This document shows, one piece after another, positions 10,628 to 20,909 of a stretch of 64,000 bases of DNA (positions are counted from its first letter, which is position 1; each line of letters starts with the position of its first letter). Below the pieces are notes generated by a model. It was not told where the DNA came from. It saw nothing but the letters and a program-made list of their open reading frames with translations, and did no database searches. This stretch comes from an uncultured Verrucomicrobiae bacterium (GTDB taxonomy: Bacteria; Verrucomicrobiota; Verrucomicrobiia; Chthoniobacterales; UBA10450), in the NCBI GenBank assembly GCA_963815455.1, contig CAWFGO010000001.1, positions 512,001 through 576,000 on the forward strand, written 5' to 3'. The translations under genes were made by a program, and so were the position numbers.

Positions 10628-11458
10628 CTATCGAATCACCCAAAGATTGCAGGGAATCACATCGGTAATCCAAGCAACCCGACTGGGCAGGCCGGTTCCA
10701 CCATTCCGATCGGGCTGGGCGGGAATGACGAGCAAATCGGCCGCCACCGATTGCACGAAATTCGACGCGGCAAAACCGGTGTTGCCCCGAAGACATCGGG
10801 CCTCTATCGGGACAACGGTGTCGCCGGCCGCGAGAATGAATTCTTCCAAGGCGGCTTCTTCTTGTTCCAATGTGCGAAGCTGCGCCTTCCCCTGTCCCGT
10901 CCTATCTTTCAGGCCGGCCCGGGCCTGGTCGAAAGTGGTGTAAACGCGAACCACGTAAAGCCGTTCGCACGATTCCGCCGCGGCCAGCCGAAAGGTCCGC
11001 TGCAGAGCGCTTTTTCCGTGCTCCAAATCATCGGCGACAAACACAATCCGGCGCAGCGGCTTCGGCTCCTGATCCGGTTTGGTAAAAAGCAGCACCGAAC
11101 ATCGAGCATCCCGAACGAGACGCCGGGCCACATCCCCCAGAAACGGCCGCAAAACGACCTCCTTCTCCAATGCGCCCGCTACGATTAGATCGACATTGTT
11201 CTCCGCCGCGGCTTTGAGAATCGCTTCCGCGGGATCGCCCTGCCCGTAAAGAATGGTTGAATTGGCCGGGAGTTTAAGTTGCGCGAAAACGTCGCTGAAT
11301 TTCTTGGTGGTTTCCGCGGTCTGCTCACCCACATAAACGACGCTCAGCTCCGATCCCATCCGGTCGCGGATGCGTTTAGCCTCGGCCAGGACCTGCTTGA
11401 ACCGGGGCGAAAACGTGCTGGCTACAGCAATGTTCCGGTATGTCGACGGGTTGATCAT
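10628..11458 (-). CDS. Universal stress protein (tandem USP domains)
   Basis: YRNIAVA..FS, GDPAEAILKAAAENNVDLIVAG, FLGDVARRLVRDARCSVL and a second degenerate domain. Confidence 0.85.
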   Translation of the reverse strand: MINPSTYRNIAVASTFSPRFKQVLAEAKRIRDRMGSELSVVYVGEQTAETTKKFSDVFAQLKLPANSTILYGQGDPAEAILKAAAENNVDLIVAGALEKEVVLRPFLGDVARRLVRDARCSVLLFTKPDQEPKPLRRIVFVADDLEHGKSALQRTFRLAAAESCERLYVVRVYTTFDQARAGLKDRTGQGKAQLRTLEQEEAALEEFILAAGDTVVPIEARCLRGNTGFAASNFVQSVAADLLVIPAQPDRNGGTGLPSRVAWITDVIPCNLWVIR

Positions 11459-11521
11459 CGAAGAGGCAATTTCCCGCTTTGCGCTGATTCGGCAAATCCA
11501 TGCATCCAGCCCCGTGAAAAA

Positions 11522-11554
11522 TGAACGTTGAACGTTGAGCGTTAAACGTTGAAC
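11522..11554. repeat. Heptamer tandem repeat (TGAACGT)n
   Basis: tgaacgt tgaacgt tgagcgt taaacgt tgaac just upstream of coaD; same unit as the arms at 48169 and 48589. Confidence 0.85.
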
Positions 11555-11565
11555 ATTTTCCGCTT

Positions 11566-12045
11566 ATGAGACGCGCGATTTACCCTGGCAGCTTCGATCC
11601 GGTCACGAATGGACACCTCGATATCATCGAGCGGGCCCGAAAATTATTCGACGAAGTCGTCGTGTCGGTTGCGAACAACGATGGGAAACAAGCGCTTTTC
11701 ACTCTGGAAGAACGGCTCGATATGCTTCGGGCAACGATTGGCAAGATCGACAATGTGCGCATTGCCCAGTTCGACGGGCTCCTGGTCGAGTTCGCCGTGG
11801 CCGAGAAAGCAGTGGCCGTCGTGCGCGGTCTGCGTGCGGTGTCCGATTTCGAGTTCGAATTTCAAATGGCGTTAATGAATCGAAAGCTCGAAACCGCAGT
11901 GGAAACGATTTTTCTGATGCCGAAGGAGGAATACACCTACCTTAGCTCGCGCATCATTAAGGAGATCGCGCGGCTGGGTGGAGATGCATCGCAGTTTGTT
12001 CCTGCCAGTGTGGTGACGGCTCTGCACAAGAAATTTGGGAACTGA
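11566..12045 (+). CDS. coaD: Phosphopantetheine adenylyltransferase
   Basis: YPGSFDPVTNGHLDII, RGLRAVSDFEFEFQMA and YLSSRIIKE. Confidence 0.97.
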   Translation: MRRAIYPGSFDPVTNGHLDIIERARKLFDEVVVSVANNDGKQALFTLEERLDMLRATIGKIDNVRIAQFDGLLVEFAVAEKAVAVVRGLRAVSDFEFEFQMALMNRKLETAVETIFLMPKEEYTYLSSRIIKEIARLGGDASQFVPASVVTALHKKFGN

Positions 12046-12055
12046 GATTTCGCGA

Positions 12056-12505
12056 GTGAAGGTTCATCTAAAACAAATTCCGGCGGAAGGGCTGCGTCTC
12101 GAAGGCGAGGAGGATTGCCCTCTGTCCGGTTTGGAAGCAGAGGAGATTCGCTGTGCCGGCCCGCTGCGCTACGGGATCGACATCGGCTTGTCGGACGGCG
12201 CGCTTTGGGCGAGCGGCTCACTAGTGCAGCCAGTGGAACTGCGCTGCGTTTCCTGTCTCGAAAATTTCGCCTACGAAATCAGTGTGCCTGCATTTGCAAT
12301 GCATACCGAACTGCGCGGGCCGGAGGTTGTCGATCTTACGCCATTCATGCGAGAGGACTTGCTGCTGAATCTTCCCGCGCATCCGCATTGCGATCGCGAC
12401 GGTGGCCGGGTCTGCAAAGCGACGCATCTTGAGACGCCGGAGCGGGAGGTGAAGCGCAAGCCGGACTGGAGCGCGCTGGATAAGCTCAAGATTGAGAAAC
12501 GTTGA
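12056..12505 (+). CDS. DUF177/YceD family protein
   Basis: CVSCL motif and DLTPFMREDLLLNLP..PHC; located immediately upstream of rpmF. Confidence 0.85.
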   Translation: MKVHLKQIPAEGLRLEGEEDCPLSGLEAEEIRCAGPLRYGIDIGLSDGALWASGSLVQPVELRCVSCLENFAYEISVPAFAMHTELRGPEVVDLTPFMREDLLLNLPAHPHCDRDGGRVCKATHLETPEREVKRKPDWSALDKLKIEKR

Positions 12506-12570
12506 ATCGAACGACTGCCGATGCTTCCACGTTGTCTTTCCCCCCAAATATGCTTTCGTAGCCGCCTGCC

Positions 12571-12753
12571 ATGGGAGTCCCAAAACGCAAAACTTCGAAA
12601 ATGCGCTTGCGCACGCGTAAAGCGGCCAACCGCTGGCATGCGGCCCAGCTGAATAAGTGTCCGCAATGCGGAAGCGCAGTCGCCTCGCACACAGCCTGTC
12701 CGTCTTGCGGCTACTACAGGGGCCGGCAGATTCTGACCATTGAGGGGAAATAG
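12571..12753 (+). CDS. rpmF: 50S ribosomal protein L32 (zinc-ribbon type)
   Basis: MGVPKRKTSK...CPQCG...HTACPSCGYY.GR. Confidence 0.97.
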   Translation: MGVPKRKTSKMRLRTRKAANRWHAAQLNKCPQCGSAVASHTACPSCGYYRGRQILTIEGK

Positions 12754-12758
12754 CGACC

Positions 12759-12816
12759 GTGGCATGGGCATCTTGCCCATGAATGATTGAGTCATCGGCA
12801 GGGATGCCGATGCCAC
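12759..12816. repeat. REP-like palindromic element (GTGGCATGGGCATCTTGCCCATG...GATGCCAC)
   Basis: Internal hairpin catgggc-atctt-gcccatg and inverted ends gtggcat / atgccac. Confidence 0.7.
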
Positions 12817-12874
12817 CTCTCCTGGTAATTTTCGTTTTGCATTGCGGCGCCAAAACCCGCACAGTTTTCTCCCA

Positions 12875-13913
12875 ATGAAGATCGCCTTGGACGCCATGGG
12901 CGGCGATTTTGGCCCGCCGAGTCTCGTGGCCGGCGCCGTAATGGCGCTGCGTGAATACCACCATATTCACAAGCTTTTCCTGGTCGGAGATACCGCCCAG
13001 ATCGAGGCCGAACTCAAGAAGCAGCAATGTAACGATGGCCGGATCGACATCGTCCATTCAACCCAGGTCGTGGATATGAGCGATCGCGCCTGGTCGGCCG
13101 TTCGCCGAAAAAAAGATTCATCCGTAAGCCGGGCAGTCGATCTCGTTAAGCGCGGCGACGCGGATGCAATCGTCAGCGCCGGACACACCGGCGCCGCGGT
13201 CGCAGCGAGCATGATCAAGTTGCGCACGCTGGAGGGAATCGATCGTCCAGGAATCGCGGCGGTTCTTCCCACTGAAACGAATGTCTTTGTTCTGATCGAT
13301 GCCGGGGCAAACATCGATGCACGCCCCGAGCATCTCGTTCAATATGCGTTCATGGGAACGGTTTATTCGCGACATGTGCTCGGGTACAAGAATCCAACGG
13401 TCGGCCTGGTCTCACTCGGCGAGGAAGACGTGAAAGGCAACGAGATGACGAAGGAAGTTTTCAAAATGTTAAAGAAAAGCTCCCTCAACTTTGTCGGTAA
13501 CATCGAGGGACGCCATCTGTTCGAGGATCCGGTTGAAGTCGTGGTCTGTGACGGTTTCGTGGGCAATGTAATCCTTAAGACATGCGAATCGATCTCGGTG
13601 GCGATTTTCAAATGGCTCAAGCACGAATTGACTGCGCACTCCTCTGCGCAAGGCCGGCGCGTTTCTGGCCAAAGACGCGTTCCTGACGATCAAGGACAAA
13701 ACAAATTACGAGGAATACGGCGGGAGCCCCCTTCTGGGGGTAAACGGAATCTGCATTATCGCGCACGGCTCCAGTACGCCCCTAGCCATCAAGAATGCAT
13801 TACGTGTCGCGGCCGAATCGATTGAACAGCAGGTCAATCCGCATATCGTCGAGGAGATTCGCCGTTACAATGAAAAAGCAGCCCCGCTCGAGCCCGCGCT
13901 CCCGGTCCGATAA
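12875..13913 (+). CDS. plsX: Phosphate acyltransferase PlsX; frameshift near 13640
   Basis: IALDAMGGD, VSAGHTGA, LIDAGAN and VVVCDGFVGN; the C-terminus (YEEYGGSPLLGVNG..IIAHGSS) is in another frame. Confidence 0.93.
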
Positions 13914-14898
13914 GGCCATCCGGACTGTTTCCATTATCGGCACCGGCAGTTACGCGCCGGAAAAGATTCTCACTAACGAAGATATCTCGCGCATAGTGGA
14001 CACCAGCGACGAGTGGATCACGACGCGCACCGGGATCAAGGAACGGCGAGTCGCGGCGAAAGACGAATACACCAGCGACATGGCCGCGAAAGCGGCGTTA
14101 AAGGCAATCGAGCAGGCCAACATCTCCCCGAAAGAAATTAATCTGATCCTCGTCGCTACGGCGACCCCGGACATGTTTTTTCCGGCCACGGCCTGTTTCG
14201 TTCAGAAAAAAATCGGTGCGACGAACGCGGCTTGCCTCGACATTTCTGCAGCATGCGCCGGGTTCCTTTTCGGAATCGCGATCGCGCAACAATTCATCAC
14301 GGCCCACACTTACGATACCGTGCTGGTCATCGGCGCGGACAAATTGACTTCGATCACCAACTGGACCGATCGCAATACCTGCGTGCTCTTTGGCGACGGC
14401 GCCGGCGCGGCCATTCTGCGTCACCGCGGCAGCCCTCACGGCATAATCAGTTCCCACATAGGAAGCGATGCCCAATACTCGGATATTCTGTTCATGCCAG
14501 GCGGCGGCTCGCGTTGCCCGATCACTCGCGATAATGCCGATCTCAATCTGGCGACCATCCACATGACCGGGAAAGAAGTCTACAAGCAGGCCGTTACCGC
14601 CATGGTAAGCGCCTCGAAGAAGGTCATCGAGCAAGCCGGTTTGACTGCCCAGGATATCGCCTGCGTTATTCCGCATCAGGCCAACTTGCGCATCATCGAA
14701 GCGATCGCCGATCGACTCGATATCTCGCTCGACAGGTTTTACGTAAATCTCGATCGCTACGGAAATACCTCAGCCGCGGCGGTGGCAATGGCGCTCGACG
14801 AAGCCAACCGCACCGGCCGAATCAAGGCTGGCGATTATGTTTTGATGGTCGTGTTCGGCGGCGGGCTCACCTGGGCTAGCACAGTGATCGAATGGTAA
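13870..14898 (+). CDS. fabH: 3-oxoacyl-ACP synthase III
   Basis: DTSDEWITTRTGIKERR, AACAGF (Cys), PHQANLRII (His) and GNTSAA (Asn). Confidence 0.96.
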   Translation: MKKQPRSSPRSRSDKAIRTVSIIGTGSYAPEKILTNEDISRIVDTSDEWITTRTGIKERRVAAKDEYTSDMAAKAALKAIEQANISPKEINLILVATATPDMFFPATACFVQKKIGATNAACLDISAACAGFLFGIAIAQQFITAHTYDTVLVIGADKLTSITNWTDRNTCVLFGDGAGAAILRHRGSPHGIISSHIGSDAQYSDILFMPGGGSRCPITRDNADLNLATIHMTGKEVYKQAVTAMVSASKKVIEQAGLTAQDIACVIPHQANLRIIEAIADRLDISLDRFYVNLDRYGNTSAAAVAMALDEANRTGRIKAGDYVLMVVFGGGLTWASTVIEW

Positions 14899-14904
14899 GA
14901 CAGA

Positions 14905-14996
14905 AGTTGAGAGTCTATAGTTGAGAGTTGAGAGATAAGAAATCGCAAGCCGCCCTTTCCGTGAGCTCTCAACCCTCAACTATCAACTCTCAACTA
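14905..14996. repeat. Inverted heptamer repeat pair (AGTTGAG)n / (CTCAACT)n
   Basis: agttgagag...gttgagagttgagag and ctctcaaccctcaactatcaactctcaacta; the right arm overlaps the tatD 5' end. Confidence 0.8.
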
Positions 14997-15854
14997 GTAG
15001 AGACCCACGCCCATCTCGATTATCCCGATTTCGCGCCGGACTTTGATGACGTCCTCGGTCGCGCGACCGATGCCGGCGTGACGCGGATCATTACGATCGG
15101 GACATCGGTTGAAAGCAGCCGGCGCGCAGTCGAGCTGGCCGAAAAATATTCCAATATCTACGCCGTGATTGGCGTTCATCCGACCTACATCGAAGAAGCC
15201 GGCGACGACGTAATCACGCCGTTACGCGAACTTGCCAAAAGCGCGCGCGTGGTCGGAATTGGCGAGACCGGCCTCGATTATCATCGTTTGCCGAGCTTCG
15301 AAACCGACAAAGAAGAGCGCGTTCAGGTGATGCACGCGTTGGGGAGTGAAACCGAGCAGGACATCGACGCGGGGATTCGCGACGGTGCTTATAAATCAAA
15401 ACAGGCGGGTCTGTTTCAACAGCAGCTTGATCTCGCTGTCGAACTTGGGCTCAATGTCGTTATCCACCAGCGCGACGCCTGGGACGATACGCTTGAAATC
15501 ATGAGAGAATGTTCAGGAAAGGTGCGAGGGGTGTTTCACTGCTTTGGTGGCTCGCTGGAACAGGCCAATGATGTGATCGATCTCGGACACCTTGTTTCCT
15601 TCACCGGCATCGTGACCTTCAAGAACGGGAAGCAGGTGCGCGAAGTCGCCGCCCGGGTTCCGCTGGATAAATTCATGGTCGAAACTGATTGCCCTTACCT
15701 GGCGCCCGAGCCGTTTCGCGGAAAGCGGTGCGAACCCGCCCACACCCGGCTCGTCGCCGAATCGATCGCGGCGGCCCGCGGCGTTTCCGTGGAAGAAATC
15801 GCTCGCGCCACGACCGAAACCGCCGAAGAGTTCTTCCGATTTAATCGTCCATGA
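14961..15854 (+). CDS. tatD: TatD family hydrolase
   Basis: ETHAHLD, IGVHP, IGETGLDY, IHQRDA, VFHCF and ETDCPYLAP; probable GTG start at 14961. Confidence 0.93.
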   Translation: MSSQPSTINSQLVETHAHLDYPDFAPDFDDVLGRATDAGVTRIITIGTSVESSRRAVELAEKYSNIYAVIGVHPTYIEEAGDDVITPLRELAKSARVVGIGETGLDYHRLPSFETDKEERVQVMHALGSETEQDIDAGIRDGAYKSKQAGLFQQQLDLAVELGLNVVIHQRDAWDDTLEIMRECSGKVRGVFHCFGGSLEQANDVIDLGHLVSFTGIVTFKNGKQVREVAARVPLDKFMVETDCPYLAPEPFRGKRCEPAHTRLVAESIAAARGVSVEEIARATTETAEEFFRFNRP

Positions 15855-16471
15855 AGATCGACAATCTCAATCACGGCGTGGCCGCGCTGCTGATTTCCCT
15901 TCTTATCTCGTCTTGCGCTACGCCGCCCGATACGCAACATCAGGTCGTCGTTAGCACCCGCGAACAAAAATTGGCCGTGCTCGAACATGGCAAGCTGCTT
16001 GCCGTTTATCCGATTTCCACCTCCAAATTCGGATTGAGCGACCGTCCTGGCAGCTACGGCACGCCATTGGGCAAACTCGAAATCGCCGAGAAGATAGGCG
16101 ACAATGCGCCTCCCGGGGCTGTGTTTAAGAATCGGCGCAGAACGGGCGAAATCGTCGCCGTAAATTCGCCGGGCCGCGATCCAATCGTTACCCGCATTAT
16201 TTGGCTGCGCGGCCGCGAAGTGCAGAACGCCAACGCGTTTCGTCGAGACATCTACATTCACGGCACGCCGGAGGAACGCAACATTGGGCGACCTGTCAGT
16301 TACGGCTGCATAAGGATGCGGTCCCGTGACGTGATCAATCTCTACAATATTGTTGGGGAAGGCGCGCAGGTAACCATTGTCGATACTCCGATTGCGTCTG
16401 CGGTTCCGGGCTTTGCTTCGGCGAGCTCGCTGGATCCGGCGAGGAATCGCAGCACGCTGGTTATTCGTTAA
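15851..16471 (+). CDS. L,D-transpeptidase (YkuD) family lipoprotein
   Basis: Lipobox-like LISSC, TPLG, and the catalytic motif IYIHGT...SYGCIRM. Confidence 0.9.
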   Translation: MKIDNLNHGVAALLISLLISSCATPPDTQHQVVVSTREQKLAVLEHGKLLAVYPISTSKFGLSDRPGSYGTPLGKLEIAEKIGDNAPPGAVFKNRRRTGEIVAVNSPGRDPIVTRIIWLRGREVQNANAFRRDIYIHGTPEERNIGRPVSYGCIRMRSRDVINLYNIVGEGAQVTIVDTPIASAVPGFASASSLDPARNRSTLVIR

Positions 16472-16477
16472 GCGACG

Positions 16478-17560
16478 ATGCGACGCTTTCTCCTGAGCGG
16501 GCTGGCCTTGTTCGCCGGCGCGGCCTCGGCCGCGCCGGCGAATGAGTTTCCAGGGTTTAACACCTTCCTCGAACGCTTTCGACACGAGCACCGCATTCCT
16601 GCGATGACCGCCGTCATCGTGCGCGACGGCAAGATTGCCTGGGAAGGCGCCTTTGGTACCAGCGACGACGAGGGCGACGTGCCGACCACACCCGACACCG
16701 TTTTCTGGATCGCCTCGGTCACCAAGCCGATCGCTGCCACGGCGATTTTGGCGGAGGCGGATGCCGGCCGCCTTTCGCTCGACACGCCGATGAGCGCCGA
16801 TCCGGCCTGGCAGGAGACATGCGAGCGGTTGCGCAAGAGTCATATCCCGTTTGGCGGCGGCGGAAAGGACGCGCACGGCACAACAATTCCGAAGGTTAAT
16901 TGCGGCCGCGCTGTCACGATTCGCGACATGCTGATGATGCGAGTGAATGGCGATGGCACCGCCTTTGCCTACAACCCAATCGCCTACGCCCGGCTCGATC
17001 GCGTCATCACGGGCGCGAAAGGCCGGCCGCTGCGCGAGATCGTTCGCGACAATGTCGCCACTCCTGCCGGAATCGACAATATCGCCTTAGGCTGGCGCGA
17101 TCCCAACGGCGGACTGGCGCTCACCCGCCTGGCTCCGCCGTTCCGGATGACAAAGGACGGTCCGCGCAAGAATGTCTTTCCTGATGATGATTTTCGGGCA
17201 GCCGCGGGCGTCTATGTCAGTGCGCGAAATCTCGCGAAGTTCGATATCGCCTTTGACTCTGGCAAGCTACTGAAACCGGCTCGCCAAAAAGAAGTTTTGA
17301 ACGCCTGGAAAACTTATCCCGGTTACGCCTATGGCTGGTTTAATCAGAGCTGGCGCGGTCATCGGCTGCTTTGGCATTCGGGCTGGGAACCGGACGCTTA
17401 TTCTGCGCTCTACCTTAAGGTGCCAGAGCAACACCTGACGCTGATGGTGCTCGCGAACACCGAAGGGCTGTGGTGGAACAACTCGCTCGTGCAGGCCGAG
17501 GTCGAAAACAGCCCCATCGCTGCCGAGTTCCTGAAGCGCTTCGTCGCGGATCAGTGGTGA
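16478..17560 (+). CDS. Serine hydrolase, beta-lactamase class C-like family
   Basis: Signal peptide, FWIASVTK (SxxK), FAYNP and WHSG. Confidence 0.88.
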   Translation: MRRFLLSGLALFAGAASAAPANEFPGFNTFLERFRHEHRIPAMTAVIVRDGKIAWEGAFGTSDDEGDVPTTPDTVFWIASVTKPIAATAILAEADAGRLSLDTPMSADPAWQETCERLRKSHIPFGGGGKDAHGTTIPKVNCGRAVTIRDMLMMRVNGDGTAFAYNPIAYARLDRVITGAKGRPLREIVRDNVATPAGIDNIALGWRDPNGGLALTRLAPPFRMTKDGPRKNVFPDDDFRAAAGVYVSARNLAKFDIAFDSGKLLKPARQKEVLNAWKTYPGYAYGWFNQSWRGHRLLWHSGWEPDAYSALYLKVPEQHLTLMVLANTEGLWWNNSLVQAEVENSPIAAEFLKRFVADQW

Positions 17561-17612
17561 CGACCTGCAACCAGCGCGGGTTCGACTCCTTTCTGACTCG
17601 GCGCCTAAGGAA

Positions 17613-18623
17613 TCACGGCATCTGCCCGAGGTGCTTCTGGGCGGTCGGCTTCGAGAGTAGTTGCATGTCCGCATCGACCATGATCCGCACAAGCTCCTTA
17701 AATCGCACCTTCGGTTCCCAGCCGAGAAGCTTCTTCGCTTTGGAGGCGTCGCCAATGAGCAGATCGACTTCGGCCGGCCGCTCATAGCGCGGATCGTGTT
17801 TGACGTATTTTTCCCAATCAAGATCGACATGGGCGAAAGCAGCTTCGGCAAATTCGCGCACGGTGCGCGTTTCGCCGGTCGCAATGACAAATCTTCACCT
17901 TGTCGTGCTGCAAAATTCGCCACATCGCCTCGACATATTCCGGCGCGTAACCCCAGTCGCGTTTGGCTTCCAGATTCCCCAGAAATAATTCATTTTGCAG
18001 ACCTTGCTTGATCGCTGCGACTGCCCGCGAGATTTTGCGCGTCACAAAAGTTTCGCCCCGACGCGGGCTTTCGTGATTGAACAGGATTCCGTTGCTTGCG
18101 TGTAGTCCGTAACTTTCCCGGTAATTCACCGTCGCCCAGTAGGCGAAAACTTTCGCCACCCCATACGGACTGCGCGGCCAAAACGGCGTCTTCTCATTTT
18201 GTGGAACCGTCTGGGCTTTGCCGAACATCTCACTGCTTGAGGCTTGATAAAATCGGGAACGAATTCCGGTCTCGCGAATCGCCTCCAGAATCCGAATCGT
18301 GCCGACACCGGAAATATCTGAGGTGTATTCGGGAATATCGAAACTCACCCGCACGTGGCTCTGCGCGCCGAGATGATAAATCTCGTCCGGCTTCAGATCG
18401 TAAAGCAGCTTTACAAGGTTTACTGAATCGCTCAGATCGCCGTAATGCAAAAACATCTTCACCCCGTTGATGTGCGGGTCGGCGTAAAGGTGGTCGATGC
18501 GCGCCGTGTTGAATGTGCTGGCCCGGCGAATGATGCCGTGCACTTCATAGCCTTTCTCGATAACAGATCGGCCAGATAACTTCCGTCCTGCCCGGTGATC
18601 CCGGTGATGAGTGCTTTCTTCAT
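17613..18623 (-). CDS. gmd: GDP-mannose 4,6-dehydratase; two frameshifts (near 18560 and 17890)
   Basis: [58 protein letters not shown] and [11 protein letters not shown]. Confidence 0.93.
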
Positions 18624-18672
18624 GAGCAGCTTGTTCTCCGCTTTAAAGCAAAGGAAGCTACGCTCCGTTCGC

Positions 18673-19467
18673 TCAGCGCGAAATGCATTTCACAGGCGCG
18701 CCCAAGCGTTGCGCTACTTCATTCTGGCGGCGTGAAATCATGATTCGGGCCAGAACTGCGCGCTGGGCAGCGATGAATTCCGCAATGCCTTTGCGGGCCA
18801 GCCCAACAAGTTCGTCCAGCTCCGATTGGGCAAAAGTCGATTCTTCGCCCGAGCCTTGGACCTCGACAAATTCACCATCCTCAGTTGCGACCAGATTGAA
18901 ATCGACAGTGACTGCTTTGTCTTCCTCGTAATTGAGATCGACGATTGCATTACCATCAAGCACGCCGGCACTTACCGCCGCGATAAGTTTCTTGACCGGC
19001 GGCGCCTCACTTTTTTTTCGTGTAGCCAGCCGGCGGCAGGCGACGGCGACCGCGAGACTCGCGCCAGTAATCGCAGCTGTCCGCGTTCCGCCATCGGCTT
19101 GGAGCACATCGCAATCGACCCACATCGTGCGCGGCCCGAGTTTTTCGAGATCGACAACCGCGCGCAACGATCGGCCGATCAATCGCTGGATTTCCGTGCT
19201 GCGGCCATCGAGTCGGCCCCTTGGCGATATCGCGTGGTTTTCGGGTCGCGGTCGAATACGGAACATTGAATATTCCGCAGTGAGCCAGCCGCCACTGATA
19301 TTTTGTTCTTTCATCCAGCGCGGCACACCTTCTTCAACCATCACGCCGCAAATGACCCGCGTCTTGCCTATCGACACGAGCACCGAACCGCTTGCATGCG
19401 GCGCAATGTTCAATTCGAAATTGACGGGACGAATTTGATCGGGCGCGCGACCATCGCTACGTTGCAT
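18673..19467 (-). CDS. rph: Ribonuclease PH
   Basis: [49 protein letters not shown] and VEVQGSGE; short compensated frameshifts are visible. Confidence 0.95.
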   Translation of the reverse strand: MQRSDGRAPDQIRPVNFELNIAPHASGSVLVSIGKTRVICGVMVEEGVPRWMKEQNISGGWLTAEYSMFRIRPRPENHAISPRGRLDGRSTEIQRLIGRSLRAVVDLEKLGPRTMWVDCDVLQADGGTRTAAITGASLAVAVACRRLATRKKSEAPPVKKLIAAVSAGVLDGNAIVDLNYEEDKAVTVDFNLVATEDGEFVEVQGSGEESTFAQSELDELVGLARKGIAEFIAAQRAVLARIMISRRQNEVAQRLGAPVKCISR

Positions 19468-19649
19468 TCGGCAATTGTAGAGCGGCCGATCCGATTGCCA
19501 ACAAAAAACTGGAGGTCGGGTCAACTGCCGAAGGAGCGTCATTAACGTTTCGCCAAAGGCCCCCCGTAAAACGAGTCTCCATAGGTAAAGAGCTGCCTGC
19601 GAGGAAAATATTAGATTCCAGAACTCCGCAAAAAAAGTTTCTCTCCGAG

Positions 19650-19678
19650 TTGACGACGCTCTTGCTTCACGCTAGACT
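19650..19678 (+). promoter_or_regulatory. Putative rRNA promoter for the 23S-5S unit
   Basis: TTGACG-N17-TAGACT, preceded by an A-tract (UP-element-like) and followed by a GC-rich discriminator. Confidence 0.7.
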
Positions 19679-19765
19679 GCCTATCCCGCCTGACGCGGGA
19701 CTCCTCTAATCAAGGAGTTCGTTCTACGTACATTTGGGACTGCAAATTGGAACTCAATTTTGTCC

Positions 19766-19795
19766 CCGCCTTCGCCAAGGCTACGGCGGGCAAGC
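19766..19795 (+). repeat. Short palindromic repeat CCGCCTTCGCCAAGGCTACGGCGGGCAAGC
   Basis: Related inverted copy at 23774-23805 and a copy inside a CDS at 52320-52349. Confidence 0.75.
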
Positions 19796-19891
19796 CCGGC
19801 TGGCTTAGGAGGAGAATCGGGGCACGAAGTTGAGTTTTTTTGTTGCTCTCGAATGTGCGTAAAGCGTTTACCCCGAAGAATTTCGGGGCTG

Positions 19892-19914
19892 GTTCTTTGA
19901 CATCTACATACAGG
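19892..19914 (+). promoter_or_regulatory. boxA-like element and 5' arm of the 23S processing stem
   Basis: GTTCTTTGACATCTACATACAGG is complementary to 23444-23466 (one wobble, one mismatch); GTTCTTTGACA resembles boxA. Confidence 0.75.
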
Positions 19915-20622
19915 GTAGTAAGAAAGTACAACTTTAAGAGCTGAGTCTGAAATATGAAAGTGGCTGTAGGTTAAGATCTTCAGCCAAGAGAGTTTCAGTT
20001 ATCAAAGAATCTCTGGTCCGGCAGCAGCCGGACCGGAACAGATTGATCAAGCTACAAAGAGCGCATCATGGATGCCTTGGTGCCAATAGGCGATGAAGGA
20101 CGTGGTAAGCTGCGATAAGTCACGGAGAGCGGCAAACACGCTTTGACCCGTGAATTTCCGAATGGGATAACCTGAGCGAGGTAATACTTGCTCGAGTTCC
20201 TGTGAATACATAGCAGGAACATCGCGAAACCCGGTGAAGTGAAACATCTCAGTAACCGGAGGAACAGAAATCGAAAGAGATTCCGTCAGTAGTGGCGAGC
20301 GAAAGCGGAAGAGACCAAACCGGTCAATTTATTGACCGGGGTTGTAGGAGCCCGACGTGGTAGTGCAACGATTAGATGAAGCGAATGGAAAATCGCTCCA
20401 TAGAGGGTGACAGGCCCGTAATCGAAAATCCGCGCACGCCTAGGGATTTCCTGAGTAATACGATGCACGTGAAACTTCGTATGAATCTGCGCCGACCACG
20501 GCGTAAGTCTAAATACTAATTGGCGACCGATAGTGAACCAGTACCGCGAGGGAAAGGTGAAAAGAACCGCTGTGAGCGGAGTGAAATAGTACCTGAAATG
20601 ATGTGCTTACAAGGTGTCAAAG

Positions 20623-20909
20623 CCCAGCACTTTCTGATTCCATGGAAGACATGTTTTACGTCTACGTGCTAAAGAATCCGAAAAGTGCGGAGCTATACTA
20701 CGGCTTTAGTAGCAACCTGCGGCAGCGCTTCGATAGTGCATCAAAAGATGTCGAAGCATGCTGGATGGAAGTTAGTCTACTATGAAGCGTATGCCGATGA
20801 GCAGGATGCTCGCGATCGCGAACGGATGCTTAAGGATTACGGAGCCGCGAGAGGTCATCTCAAGAAACGTATAGCGCGAAGCACTTCCAAGGGGCCGGAA
20901 AGTGCTGGG
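20623..20909 (+). mobile_element. Intervening sequence in 23S helix 25, bounded by a 26-bp imperfect stem
   Basis: Arms cccagcactttctgattccatggaag (20623-20648) and cttccaaggggccggaaagtgctggg (20884-20909) replace the short helix between CTTACAAG and GCGTGCCTTTTG. Confidence 0.88.

Noticed and set aside
16478..17560. Serine hydrolase as a true beta-lactam resistance gene
   Set aside because: It has SxxK, but YNP and HSG replace the canonical AmpC YxN and KTG motifs; function cannot be assigned.
17571..17600. GGGTTCGACTCC resembling a tRNA T-arm
   Set aside because: The T-stem does not pair fully and no acceptor, D or anticodon arms can be built.
20623..20909. Group I or group II intron interpretation of the helix-25 insert
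   Set aside because: The ORF fills the whole loop, and no P3-P7 core or domain V can be accommodated.
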